From: Octopus sinensis
Lineage: Eukaryota
Assembly: GCF_006345805.1 (NCBI RefSeq)
Contig: NC_043001.1
Span: 19,406,001 to 19,470,000, forward strand
Length of the DNA stretch: 64,000 nucleotides
Direction of reading: 5' to 3'
A model generated the notes under the pieces. The model was not told the DNA's origin. It worked only from the letters and a program-made list of their open reading frames with translations, and searched no databases. Below, piece after piece: positions 12,030-25,595 of this stretch (its first letter is position 1; the number at the start of each line of letters is the position of its first letter). The position numbers and the translations under genes are program-made.

Positions 12030-12490
12030 ATATGTATATAAGAGAATGCTCATATATATATATGAGCATGGGAGAAAGAACATTTAAAATAAAATATCAT
12101 AATCACGTAACTAACTTCAGCTAAATCGAAAGGTGGCACTCAACTAAGTTATTTATCTGCTTATCTATCTACCTACATATCCACCTGTGTATCCATGCAA
12201 CTGCATATCCATTCGCGCATCGATATATCTTCACGTCTACCTGCATTTTCACCTAATCATTCAATGTACGACACTTTTATTCTAACTATTATGTTATTCT
12301 TTATAGTTTTATCTTTAATTTTAAGAATTCCTTTTGTTTTTAAATTTCATTTGACTTATTCTGTGAAAATGCGTATATGTGTCTGTCTATACGTGTGCGT
12401 GTATGCATATACACACACACTTGTATGCATATATGTATGTGTAAATACATGTATTTTTATGTGTATCTCTATGTATATGTGTATGTGTAT

Positions 12491-12528
<38 letters not shown>

Positions 12529-12562
12529 TGGGCGCGCACATATATAGTTACTAGTTTCAGCT

Positions 12563-12748
12563 CGGTTTATATTTCGATGGTGAAATACCTATCTTCAATA
12601 ATGCTAATGGACAAACATTAGATTAAAAGACATGGTCAAATCATTAGGTCACTTGGTCTAAAAATTCACCATAGTAACAAACCTTGCTGTAGCAAACGTT
12701 GACGTCACTCTTAACCTAAATACCAACTTATACAAACCATATAAGGCA
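12563..12748 (+). mobile_element. third PLE-B RT fragment
   Basis: Near-identical to ~8010-8185 (ggtttatatttcgatggtga...aaaccatataagg). Confidence 0.85.
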
Positions 12749-15700
12749 TCATGCTGGGTCACCGCCGTTGGTTTTGATGCACTTTCACTACTTGAGACCA
12801 CTTCGATTTGTGGCATTTGGTGAATGAGGGCGTTTCTAGTCATCCGGGGTAGGTTCATCCGGAACTCTTGACAGGAGAAGTTTTGCTTTGAAGACATCTA
12901 CTTTCACACCCTGTGGGTTCCTCAGGCGCTTTGGGAGGATATCGAAGAGTTGTGTGCCCCTGAAACCCAAGCTGTTGCAGTATCTGGTCTTGTATCCTGA
13001 TGGCAATACTGGCATTTTTGGCACAAAGCAGTGACGCCCGCTTCTGCTGTTTGTGTAAATTTCCTTGCCAAAACTTGACACAAGTCCTTCCAGGATTTTC
13101 CGGATATATATCACTGCATATCTTTCTCTTCGTTCTAGGGAGTAGAGTCTTAACTTTTTCAGTCTCTCCCAGTAAGTCTCATATCTCACTGAAACGATCT
13201 TCTTTGTGTAACCTCGATGGATTGCTTCGAGTTCCGTCGTTAATTTTACACTGTGTGGTAAGCATATTTGGAAGCAGCAGTCTAAACGGCTGAGGACAAA
13301 TGTCCTTCAGAGGACCATCATGGTTTCCTAATCTCTCTTTCTGAGAGTTCCAAGGATCCTCCGCCCAGCCGTCTGAATTGCATTGCCAACTTAATAATAT
13401 GCGCCTGGAAAGATGCATCATTACTCATGTCAATGCCCAGGTTGTGCACCGATTTTGATTCAAAGGATTGCAATCCCTCCTGGGTCAGTGTATCCAGTCA
13501 ATTTTAAATTCATCTTTGTGTGCTGGTAGTACAGGCTTGGAATTTTCCAGCACTACTGCATGTTCTTGTCCTAAGCCCACCTGTATTTTGCGTCCAACTC
13601 TTGTTGCAGGTGCGCAACATCTCCAGAGTTCTGTATCTTCTAAGAGACTTTTGGATCGTCTGCATAGCTTACAAGGGTGGCTATCTGAGTAGCCGAGGGC
13701 ATCTCTAAAAGGGCCACTATGAATATCAGTAGCCCCAAGAGAGTTCTGTTGAATACCACTCATTATTTGCTTTTCTTGTTGGCTACGACTAGCTGATTTT
13801 TGTCTTTTAAAATGTTGTGTAGTCACTCTCCAAGTTTTCCGACTATGCCCAAATTACACAGCTTGTGGCATATCAAACCATGGTCGACTTTATCAAAGGG
13901 TTTAGAAAAATCGAGATATATCACGTCCACATTTGAGTTGTTGAGTTGCTGCTTTAATACCTATTTCTTTACTACCCACTAGGGGCTAAACACAGAGGAG
14001 ACAAACAAGGACAGACAGACGGATTAAGTCGATTATATCGACTCCAGTGCATAACTGGTCCTTAATTTATCGACCCCGAAAGGATGAAAGGCAAAGTCGA
14101 CCTCGGTGGAATTTGAACTCAGAACGTAAAGACAGACGAAAATACTGCTAGGCATTTCACCCGGCATGCTAACGTTTCTGCCAGCTCGCCACCTTAGCTT
14201 TAATACCAAGTCGTAGTGTTGTAAGAGCGGTGTCAGGCAGCTTCTACCTGGTCGAAAACAGTGTAGGGTGTCACTCAGCAAGTAAATCTCTTTAAGGAAC
14301 GTAATTAGTTTCATTTGGCCTATTCGTTCCATGATTTTGCTGATGTGTGAGGTCAGAAAGATAGGCTTTTAATTTTTAGCATCTGTTCTGCTTCCTCCTT
14401 TATGGATAAGGCATATTATTCCCTCCTTCAATTTGCCTGGGAGCTTACCATTTGGAACGAAGCTCTGAAAAAGAAGCCGCAGCGATTTTGCAAGGGCACG
14501 TTTGCATGATGTGAAAAGGATTACAAGGAATCTATTAGGACCAGCACCTAGTTTGCATCTACGGCCACCAGTCTGCTTTATGGAAGTCCAGACTAGATAG
14601 ATTTCGGGTGTTTCTCATAGGCTGTGTGCCTGCGGGTTCCTTTGATCCACGCACGGTCAGATCTATTATATTGTGATGCGAGACTAGTGTCGGTGACTTT
14701 CACAGTATGGATGAGCTCCATACTACTTGCTCCATGTATAACGAACGTGTTGGAGAGGTTGAGTAGTGACTCTACCAGTCTTTGTTCACATTGCGTCATT
14801 CCTGAGAATAAAAAGGCCCTCAGGTCATCTTACGTTGGGCATGTTGAAGTCTCCTATGAGAAGCACACTGAAGCGTTGTTCTAATTTGGTTAGGACTTCT
14901 ATTTTTGCAAGGCTATATTCAAATAGGCCCTTGTGATTTGTAGCATATAACCATACAGTGTTGTCTTATATGTACAATTAGTGTGTCACACATGGAATCT
15001 GAGTATGACAAAAGAACCTGGGCGTGAGGTCTTCACAAATGTACATTGCAAACTCCCCCATGACTCCTGTCTTTTCTGTCGCTTTGCAATATAACATACT
15101 TTGGTACGAGTATTTCTGATATGTGATGCCGGTCTTTAGGTGGGTTTCGGTGAGTGTTATGCATAAGGCTTGATTGCATGCACCGAGGTCCCTCAGGAAG
15201 GTAATTTTTGTTCTGTTACTGAGTTTTAACAGTCTTCTAATGTTTAGAAAGAGTATTGATGTGACATCTGTGGAGATGCCAGTGGTGGCTACGCTAGACC
15301 TATAGAGTGTGGTGGTCTTGTATGCTAGCTCTGACTCTAAAATTGATGCAACCAAGTTAATTGGTGTACAATCTTTTGTGCCATGCATTAAAAAAATTGT
15401 TGCTCAGCAGCGGTCTTTATGACAGCATCTAGATATGGCTGACTGGCTGTTGGAAGTAATGCGCACTACATCAGCGTATTTTTGTTTGGATGTAGCTGAA
15501 GCGCGACTTCTTCTCCTTTGGCGTCTTTATCTTTTGCTCCCTTTGGAGAGAACTTTACATCCTGCCTCATGCAGCTCTGACACGGTTTGGGGTGTGATAA
15601 ACAGTAGTTTGCACTGTCGTCTCCATACCAGTAGACTCCGCGCAGCTAGAATTTGCACCGGAGGAATTACAACCGTGTTTCGTGGTCTACTACCACAACA

Positions 15701-15880
15701 GCTCCTTTATAGGATCCAGTTAGCTCAAGACATCATCAGGAGGAACCATGTCCGGTTTCGGCCCCTACTCCTCTACCGTTTTGACGTACCGGAATTGACA
15801 TGAGAGCTGGGCAAGCCCAAAATTTGCTCTGCTGAGGACAGCTGAGATTTTGAGATTGGTACTTGGATGTTGAATGCCTC
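12749..15880 (-). mobile_element. CR1-group LINE, near full length, decayed (ORF1 relic, APE endonuclease, RT, C-terminal domain)
   Basis: ILFLNIRRL...CITLTETHL (APE); F+RPGRSCLTPLLQHYD, VDVIYLDFSKPFDKVDHG, LVSYADD (RT); YWERLKKLRLYSLERRERY...LLSRVPDEP (C-terminus); many stops and frameshifts. Confidence 0.9.
13962..14196 (-). mobile_element. SINE A inserted in the LINE RT
   Basis: 11-bp TSD gctttaatacc (13951-61, 14197-207); removing the insert restores LLQHYDLVLKQQLNNSNVDVIYLDF in frame. Confidence 0.92.
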
Positions 15881-16039
15881 CCATGATAATTAACAACCAA
15901 GTATCAAAAGCTTATAATGAGCAAAAAGGGACACTGTGAGACCGCTGACGGCAGGCTGTTGTCCGCTCTCACAGAATCTACCAGAACAAACAAGACCGAA
16001 TGTTCTGAGAAGTAAAACAAAATAATAACAATAATCCGC

Positions 16040-16155
16040 GGATGGAATTGACGAATATTTTAATGCATCACAGGAATATAGACTATGATCTTAAGAAACA
16101 TGCGATTTGTGGAAACGCGCGTAGCGATGCATTAAAACATTTATGAATTCCATCC
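16040..16155 (+). ncRNA. decayed HHR relic inside a long hairpin (CUGANGA missing)
   Basis: Stems GGATGGAATT/AATTCCATCC and TTTTAATGCATC/GATGCATTAAAA enclose GAAA C GCGC G TA. Confidence 0.4.
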
Positions 16156-16287
16156 ATGTATATAACTAAGAGAAATAACCTCTATTAAGTAATTCAATAG
16201 TGAAAGACATTATCCATATCATACAGAAAAAATTTAAATATACTATAATAAATATTATTCAAACAATCATTAAATTAAATACACATT

Positions 16288-16366
16288 AAATTGACTACGC
16301 GCGTTTCGTGACGATATCTTTAAACCGATAATAATAAAATCGATACTATTAAAATTAAGTCAATTT
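16288..16366 (-). ncRNA. decayed HHR relic
   Basis: Minus strand AAATTGAC ... GAAA C GCGC G TA GTCAATTT; 8-bp stem I, 5' core degenerate. Confidence 0.35.
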
Positions 16367-16444
16367 AAAATTAATTCGATTTTAAAATATAGCCACTCTA
16401 TATATATTCACCGCGATTGACCGCTAAGTCCACAAGTTTTTTTA

Positions 16445-16578
16445 TGCTCTTTGTTTTATTTCCTTGTGTTCCTTTCTGTTGAAGAGCGTGGGCTCGAAAC
16501 GTAAAATATTTTCTCACCTTCTCGAGCGTGAAACTAATACACCTGTCTTCGTCTTTTGTTTTTCTGTAAATTTCAACT

Positions 16579-16580
<2 letters not shown>
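16445..16580 (+). mobile_element. short repeat with HHR-like motif (core 16476-16501, A6 changed to U)
   Basis: CTGTTGA A GAGC GTGG GCTC GAAA CG. Confidence 0.4.
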
Positions 16581-16609
<29 letters not shown>

Positions 16610-16649
16610 CGCGTGTGTGTGTATGTATGTATGTATGTATGTATATATA

Positions 16650-16710
<61 letters not shown>
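16580..16710. repeat. (TG)n(TATG)n(TA)n microsatellite
   Basis: Direct reading. Confidence 0.95.
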
Positions 16711-16711
<1 letters not shown>

Positions 16712-16946
16712 AAAGGAATTCCAACCTTGTCTGATTTTCACGTTTTATTTACAATCTTAAAATGATATAATATAATATAATATAATATAATAAAATAAAA
16801 TAAAATAATAGAATGCTAAGTGTTCATTCTGATTGAACTAGTACTTTCATGCATTAATTCTGCAATCTTCAGGTTCATATAGTAGTCGTGACAGTCATGG
16901 AATTCCTTTTATTAATATATTCTTCTATACACAATCACACACACCC

Positions 16947-17041
<95 letters not shown>

Positions 17042-18125
17042 TCAAAGAAAAAGGATCCTGGAAGGAATTATTTCAAGCAAGTCTTAACACACAGAATACT
17101 AAATATTTCTTTTTTTTTTTTTAGCATTACAGCTGTGACTTGGTTATTTTCAATCTGAATGTTTTAATAAATTAACAAGGGTCGCACGATGCGGACAAGA
17201 TAATTTTCCTCTTTGCTGAAAGAGTTATTTAAAGAGAAATAATTCAAAAATGAAACTAAAACTTGTAAAGCACAACCGAAATATTTAAGCAAGGAATTTC
17301 AAGTCAGATTTCTATTAAATAAGTTTGGTTTGGTGTGGAGCAGTAAATCTTGTCAAAGAGAAAGCAAGCGGGGAGTAAAGAAAATTAACAAGTGTCACAA
17401 GCTGCAACGGTACACCACAGAGATCAATAATTCGGTCAATTCTATTACACAAAACTGTACATTGAATTTGGATAAAATACGAAGATCGTGTATGTGAAAA
17501 ATGTGCATCAAAGACTTATAAACGCTTGCAATTGATAGAATCTTTACTTTATATATTTCTATTTTATTTATTCTTTCATTCTTTTTCTGTCCGTAATGAT
17601 ATGTTAGAATTCGCCACACAAAAAATTTCCTTTTAATAACCATATAATGAGAAAGGATATATTTTTTACTTTCTATTTTTATCTGTTCCAGTTAATGGAC
17701 AGCGGCCATGAAGGGTTTAGACGAACAACCCACTCTTGTACTTCTTTCTTTATATTTTTTAAGTCTGTACATATCCTATTGGCTTCCGCTAGGTTCACAT
17801 TTTATTATTTCATTCATCAGCTTAAAACTTCAATAGTTAATACGTCACTCTGTCACTCTCTCTTTCTCTTACTCACATCAATCTTAACCGAATTTCCACT
17901 ACATGCTGAATCTAATGCATAGTATCTAAAATTTCTGGCGTTTTTTTTTTTCACAGCTTATTAAACCAACTGGCTTATTTTCTAGAACTTTCTCTCACCC
18001 TAAACAGAACACCTCATTAATTAAAAAGGAGGCAATGATATCACAAAATGTCTTTAAAATGGCGAACTATCTTACTTGAAGACTGTTTTACACTATACGT
18101 TGACCAACAAACGATCTTACGCGTA

Positions 18126-18518
18126 TCTATATAAAGCTGAAGTTGTCTGTGTGTGGCAGGTTTGGTAGCCTTCAGTTAACACTATCTCCTCCGAGACCCT
18201 GCGACGCAAGTTGACCAAAATTGAGAGTATGATAGAAGAAGGCTTGCTCTTCATTCCGTAAAAGAAAAATTCAAATCGGACCATGTTAACACCAAAAATT
18301 GTTTACATCAAAAAGGTGCTTTTTTTTCTATGAAAATCCCTATTTTTTACGATTTTTTTTACTGCTGTGTCGCCATTTTTCAGTGTATTTCAACCAGAAA
18401 AATGTTCACTTAAAGAGAATAACAAGCTACATAATGCAAAATTTTTACTTTTCAAAAATTCCAATTCTAAAGAGTCGAAACGAAAACAAACCCGGGCAAC
18501 GCCGGGCTATACTGCCAG
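18126..18518 (+). mobile_element. non-autonomous Helitron-like element
   Basis: A|TCtatataaag 5' end; 3' hairpin cccgggcaacgccggg followed by CCAG|T; no TSD. Confidence 0.7.
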
Positions 18519-19048
18519 TTTAATGTAAAAAGTAGAGGGAAAATGAAGAATGATAAGATTTTTCGTTAGTGCATAGAATTATCGCTTTTATTAATCATTA
18601 ACTGAAATCCTGTCTGAACCTGGATAAGTTTACTGAGACAGTTTAATCCTAACGAAAAATACGAACCGAAGGCTGATTAAATGAAACTAATTGAAACTAC
18701 CCATCACAATACACTTACCTATACCAGATTGTTGGACTGATATTGTATCAGCTGACATCTACTTGACAACAATTAAACCTCATGCCAAAATGATTCTCTT
18801 TAACAACTCCTGAAATACTAATTTACATTAGCTTTTGCGACATTTTTTGAAGTAATTTGATTACGGTACTATGTCAGATCTCAGAACTCGCCATTTTCTG
18901 TGAGCGCTGTAAAAAAAAAAAACCTTGCGACAGATGGATCAAAATGCTTTGAAACCCCGATTCTACCATCTTCGGTGTTAAAACCTGCCAAATTCTCACA
19001 ATCTTTTGAGTGTCAGTATCGACTTCAAAGGTATTCTACAATTATAAA

Positions 19049-19277
19049 GGCGGCGAGCTGGCAGAAACGTTAGCACGCCAGCGAAATGCGAAGCCGTATT
19101 TTGTCTGCCGTTACGTTCTGAGTTCAAATTCCGCCGAGGTCGACTGTGCCTTTCATACTTTCGGGGTCGATAAATTAAGTACCAGTTACGCACTGGGGTT
19201 GATGTAATCGACTTAATCCCTTTGTCTGTCCTTGTTTGTCCCCTCTGTGTTTAGCCCCTTGTGGGTAGTAAAGAAAT
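19049..19277 (+). mobile_element. SINE A with 17-bp TSD
   Basis: TSD aggtattctacaattat at 19029-45 and 19278-94. Confidence 0.92.
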
Positions 19278-19571
19278 AGGTATTCTACAATTATCTTAGA
19301 ATCACCACGACTTCTTGTTACTATAAATGAATGCTAAGGATTGTGTTTGCGTGCTCATGACTTCCTCTACATCAGTTCGTTGTCTTCGGAGTCTATGATT
19401 GATGCTTCAACTTTAATCCTTCCAGAGGAGAATCCTAATTTATGTTTCGAGATAACTGTACATTTTTTGAAGAACAATAATACTGTATGAACTATAATTA
19501 CTCTTTACCATCTTATTAGAAACAGTCAAGTAGAACAACTAAACAGACATCTATGAAAAACAGTAATACCT

Positions 19572-19987
19572 GTTTCTTTACTACCCACAAGGGGCTAAAC
19601 ACAGAGAGGACAAACAAGGAGAGACAAACGGATTAAGTCGATTATATTGACCCCAGTGCGTAAGTGGTACTTATTTAATCGACCCCGAAAGGATGAAAGA
19701 CAAAGTCGACCTCGGTGAAATTTGAACTCAGAACGTAGCGGCAGACGAAATACCTATTTCTTTACTACCCACAAGGGGCTAAACACAGAGGGGACAAACA
19801 AGGAAAGACAAACGGATTAAGTCGATTACATCGACCCCAGTGCGTAGCTGGTACTTATTTAATCGACCCCAAAAGGATGAAAGGCAAAGTCACCTCGGCG
19901 GAATTTGAACTCAGAACGTAGCGGCAGACGAAATACCGCAAAGCATTTCGCCCGGAGTGCTAACGTTTCTGCCAGTTCGCCGCCTTA
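19572..19987 (-). mobile_element. SINE A tandem dimer with TSD
   Basis: Full unit plus head-truncated unit joined at ggtatttcgtc; TSD gaaaaacagtaata(c/t)ct. Confidence 0.9.
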
Positions 19988-20869
19988 GAAAAACAGTAAT
20001 ATCTATCCTTTGTTAAGGAAAGCTACTAGAGGAACGATGGAGTGACGTTTTAGGGGAATCGCACACTTCGATTAACTCTAATATGCATTGCAACTAACCT
20101 GGTGTTTCATCAAAGACTAATTAGCTTTCAGCTCGTCATCGGAAGCAATCATTAGTTGGATTGCTGCCTGAACCGGGAGAAGTTTTATTTTAACGGTTTA
20201 ATCCTGATGAAAATACGAACCAATGATTGAATAAATGAAATTTCTTTTATATTAATCATCATTGTATGCTTATCAAATACCAGATCGTTGAACCGACATT
20301 GTATCACCTACAAATATATTTCTGTCTTGAAGACTGTGTTTCGCAGGTAATCGATCAAAATCTGGTATACTGAATAATCCGGCTCAAGCAAGTTCTTGAT
20401 TCTCGGATAGGCGTTCCGTTGACAATCACTGTCATGGCATGCTGAAAACTCTGGATCAACAACAAGCTTGTGAGCAGGAACAGTCTAATGTCGGTTGATT
20501 GGAATATGTTTTTAAATCACGGCTCAACTATTTGAATAACCTCTGCGCTCAACAGCGATCGGGAAAGTACAGAAAAGATTCAATCCTTAAAGCTCCAGGA
20601 AATGCTATGAAATCATTATTGTTACGCCCGGTCCATGTGCATCAAAACATAACATAGACAAATACAGGTATATTAAATAAAATACAACTGAAATTCTTGA
20701 TTGAAATTGTCTTCACCTCAAGAAATGAAGCATAATTACTGAATGACCAGCTCCACAAGAGAAAGGGACAGTTTCAGGAATCAAGATTTCTTCAAAATTG
20801 ACATTCCATTAAGGGAAAGAACACGCTTATTGTCTGGAGATAAGAGGACAATCGTGGACACAAGTTTCT

Positions 20870-21102
20870 TATTTCTTTACTACCCACAAGGGGCTAAACA
20901 TAGAGGGGACAAACAAAGACAGACAAAGGGATTAAGTCGATTACATCGACCCCAGTGCTTAACTGGTACTTAATTTATCGACCCCGAAAGGATGAAAGGC
21001 AAAGTTGACCTCGGCGGAATTTGAACTCAGAACGTAGTCGCAAACGAAATACCGCTAAGCATTTCGCCCGGCGTGCTAACCTTTCTGCCGGCTCACCGCC
21101 TT
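20870..21102 (-). mobile_element. SINE A with 16-bp TSD
   Basis: TSD gtggacacaagtttct at 20854-69 and 21115-30. Confidence 0.92.
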
Positions 21103-21545
21103 CTATAGAAAGCAGTGGACACAAGTTTCTGTCTTAATAAGTGTCACCAGCACGACAATTGTTTTACCGTATGTCCAATAGCCAAGGGACTTAGACTTAT
21201 ACAAAAAGTGTAAAACCCATTTATGACCTGGAAGGCAGCACTAATACCACTAAAAGTGAACTCGTTTACATTTGTGCTCTGAATATCCGATGTTGAACTT
21301 CTGATCCCAACGAAAACATTTTCATTTTCGACAGTTGTTTCTCGATACATTTGTGAAGAATGGAACCGAGAACGCGATTCTGTAATCAAGCCATTCTGTC
21401 GCAAGGTGACTGCAGTGTTTTCTTCAGACAGCACACCACAGCTTTATCAAAAGTTGCTTGGTACTTGCCCTCACTCCATTCGTTCCAACTGCTTGTTCAT
21501 CAGTCGCTATCATGTAGGACTTGCAATGGTCTTGGAGGAACTGTT

Positions 21546-21645
21546 NNNNNNNNNNNNNNNNNNNNNNNNNNNNNNNNNNNNNNNNNNNNNNNNNNNNNNN
21601 NNNNNNNNNNNNNNNNNNNNNNNNNNNNNNNNNNNNNNNNNNNNN
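21546..21645. other. assembly gap (100 N)
   Basis: Run of 100 n. Confidence 0.99.
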
Positions 21646-22189
21646 AACTAAACAACAACAAACGAAGACCAAATAATAGCCACCGAAGACAAAACAAACA
21701 AGCGTTGTGATAACAAGCAGCACGTGACCATGACAGCGCGGCCGACTTGTTACGTGTTCAGCAACAATCACGTGGTAGGTAAGTCGCAAAAACCATTTGG
21801 CCTTGGTATCGTCCTGCGGAATAAGCCAATAGATGACAGTTATTTAACATTACTGTAGCACCACCGCATAGAATCGACCAGCGAGCCTCTGCATAGTCGC
21901 TTGCTCCGCTAGAAATAGCAGCTGAAACAACTTCGAAACGAGAATGCACCGCCTTAAAAAAAAATTTTTTTAAACCCAAAAAAATTCTAAAGAGCATATT
22001 AGAAAATGTAGTTTTTAAGTACCTCTGAATAGATGAAATGGTCATGGTTGGAACTGGAATGTCTTTTCATAATTGATAGTTCTGTTCAGTCAGGTGTGGC
22101 CTGCGGCTAAACAACTACGACTTTTTTATTTTCGTGTAAATGCGCAATGAAGGTGGAAATAATATAGGTATACACGAGTGGTCGTGTCT

Positions 22190-22297
22190 GTGTGTCTATA
22201 AATATATGCATACATATGCATATATATATATGTGTGGGTATATGCTACATACGTGTGTGTCTATATATATATAGATATATATATATATATATACTAA

Positions 22298-22328
<31 letters not shown>

Positions 22329-22531
22329 GATATATATATATAATATATATATATACTAATATATATATATATATACTAATGTGTATGTATATATATATAT
22401 ATATATCAAAAGAAAAACAGGATGCAAAGGATTTATTAGCGGTACATATGTTTCTTTTGATAAATATACTCCATCACCTACACCACTAATTGGCATATAA
22501 CAGGTGCTTACAGTTATCAAGTATTCACCTG

Positions 22532-22593
<62 letters not shown>

Positions 22594-22668
22594 TATACTA
22601 ATATATAGATTATATATATATATATATGTATATAGTATACTAGATATTATATATATAGATATATATAT

Positions 22669-22712
<44 letters not shown>

Positions 22713-22776
22713 CTATATATGAAATTGAATAAGGTAGAATTGATATTAATCAATTAAAACTAGGGCCTAGCATATT

Positions 22777-22821
<45 letters not shown>

Positions 22822-22827
22822 TATATA

Positions 22828-22858
<31 letters not shown>

Positions 22859-23208
22859 TACATATATATATTTACATATACAGACCGACAGACAGGACAG
22901 ACGGACGGGCGGACTGGCATACACAACGCGCGCACATACACACTTCATCATCATCACCATCATCACCATCACCATCATCATCATCATCCCCATCAGGGAA
23001 ATTCGTTTTCTCTTGAACGAATTCTTTGTTTTTCCAGGTGTGTTTGGTGTCAGCAGATTCACATATGTGTGCGCTGGTGCGCACGTGCCCGTCTGTGCAT
23101 GAGTGTGCGTTCGTTTATACGTTAGTGCGTATGTGCGTGCGTTTCTGTCCTTCTGTATATGCTGGGCGCATACATCTGACTATACGGCAATGTGGTGTGT
23201 GTGTGCGT

Positions 23209-23244
<36 letters not shown>

Positions 23245-23390
23245 TGGTGTGTGGTGTGTGTGTGTTTGCTTGAGGTATACGTCTGTCTATATGCTAGAGA
23301 GTATGTGTTATACAGGCCTATATGCTTTATGCTAATGTGTATGCTAGCGTGCATGTTATATACTATATAGTATTATATATATATATATAG

Positions 23391-23475
<85 letters not shown>

Positions 23476-23476
23476 T

Positions 23477-23519
<43 letters not shown>

Positions 23520-23665
23520 CTATATATGTATATATTATATATATATATATATATATGTATGTATATATATATGTATATATATATATATGTGTGTGTGGTG
23601 TGTGTGTGTATATATGTCTATATATATATAGATATAGATATATATATATGATATATAATGTGTAT

Positions 23666-23718
<53 letters not shown>

Positions 23719-23738
23719 GTATATATATATATATATTT

Positions 23739-23776
<38 letters not shown>

Positions 23777-24133
23777 TAATATATATATAGTATATAATAT
23801 ATATGCTAGTGTACCTACGTGTGTATGCGGATGTATATGTCTATCTATAAGCAAGGTGCGTGCCAGCACGCATGTATGTATGTTTATATGAACGTGCTTC
23901 TGTGTTTGTTCGGATGCTTATGAGCCTATATGCCATGTCTGCTAGAGTGTGTGTTGTCTTTATATGTTAGTGTATACGTGAATTTATACGACAATATGCA
24001 TACGTTTGCACAGGAAAATGTGCATATGGTAATACGTACGATCACATCTGTTTGTGCCAGTGTACATACTACGGAGTATATATATATAATATATATATTA
24101 TATATATATATATATCTATATATATATATATTA

Positions 24134-24187
<54 letters not shown>

Positions 24188-24245
24188 TTATATGTATATA
24201 TATATTATATATATATATATATATGATATATATAATATATATATA

Positions 24246-24288
<43 letters not shown>

Positions 24289-24297
24289 ATATATATA

Positions 24298-24334
<37 letters not shown>

Positions 24335-24340
24335 CATATA
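22190..24340. repeat. long imperfect (TA)n/(TG)n microsatellite field
   Basis: Direct reading; interrupted by degenerate GT-rich spacers. Confidence 0.85.
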
Positions 24341-24342
24341 TA

Positions 24343-24568
24343 GGCGAGCTGGCAGAAACGTTAACGCGCAGGGCGAAATGCTTAGCGGTATTTCGTCTGT
24401 CGTTCGTTATGAGTTCGAATTCCGCCGAGGTTGACTTTGTCTTTCATCCTTTCGGGGTCGATAAATAAAGTACCAGTTCGCACTGGGGTCGATGTAATCG
24501 ACTTAATCCCTTTGTCTGTCCTTGTTTGTCCCCCTCTGTGTTTAGCCCCTTGTGGGTAGTAAAGAAAT
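24343..24568 (+). mobile_element. SINE A inside (TA)n
   Basis: Matches the family A consensus. Confidence 0.9.
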
Positions 24569-24910
24569 ATATATATATATGTATGTCAGCATACGAACGT
24601 TTTGTCTGCTATGGCGCATAAACAGATGCTAGCCAACATGTGCTTACATGCTAACATGCTTGTGTGTGTGAGCTAATGCGCGCTTCTTTGCTCGTAAGCA
24701 TGTATGCTTATATATTATAGTCCACGGGTGTCTATATGATATTGTGCACTTGTATAAGCCTATACGCTTGTGTTTATCCTTGCGTACAAGTGTTTCGAAG
24801 CTAGCTTACATATGAACTTATATACTAGATATGTCTGTGCTTTTATGCTTGTGCGTATATGGATTTATGCTAGTGTGTATGTGTGATTATGTGTCAATGT
24901 GCTATAATAT

Positions 24911-24942
<32 letters not shown>

Positions 24943-25011
24943 ATATATATTACAGTTCACGTGAGTTTATTGTGCTAGAGTACAAATGTGCATATATGTC
25001 TCTCTGCTCTA

Positions 25012-25045
<34 letters not shown>

Positions 25046-25199
25046 CTCTCAAGATGTAGAAGTTGCTATGCGTCACTTTTAATTTCTTCTGAAATATTTT
25101 TTTTTCCTTAAATACATAGGAATTTTTTTTTTTACGTGGCTCGATTTTAAGTGCTTTTTCACCTGTTGTGAGAACTTTGGTAAATCTCTTTTAGCAATT

Positions 25200-25506
25200 T
25201 TGTGTGTGTGTGTGTGTATGTATGTACGTATGTATGTATGTATGTATGTATGTATGTATGTATGTATGTATGTATGTATGTATGTATGTCATGTATGTAT
25301 GTATGTATGTATGTATGTATGTATGTATGTTGTGTGTATGTATGTATGTATGTATGTATGTATGTATGTATGTATGTATGATGTATGTGTGAGTGGTGTA
25401 GTGTATGTATGTATGTATGTATGTATGTATGTATTATGTGTGTGTGTGTATGTATGTAAGTATGTGTGTGTATGTATGTACGTACGTATATATGTATGTA
25501 CAAATT

Positions 25507-25594
<88 letters not shown>

Positions 25595-25595
25595 T
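25200..25595. repeat. (TATG)n + (GATA)n microsatellite
   Basis: Direct reading. Confidence 0.95.

Noticed and set aside
22950-25010. Odd GT-rich pseudo-text between TA tracts, including a possible acceptor at ~23037
   Set aside because: Looks like decayed or poorly polished microsatellite next to a contig end; no coding signal.
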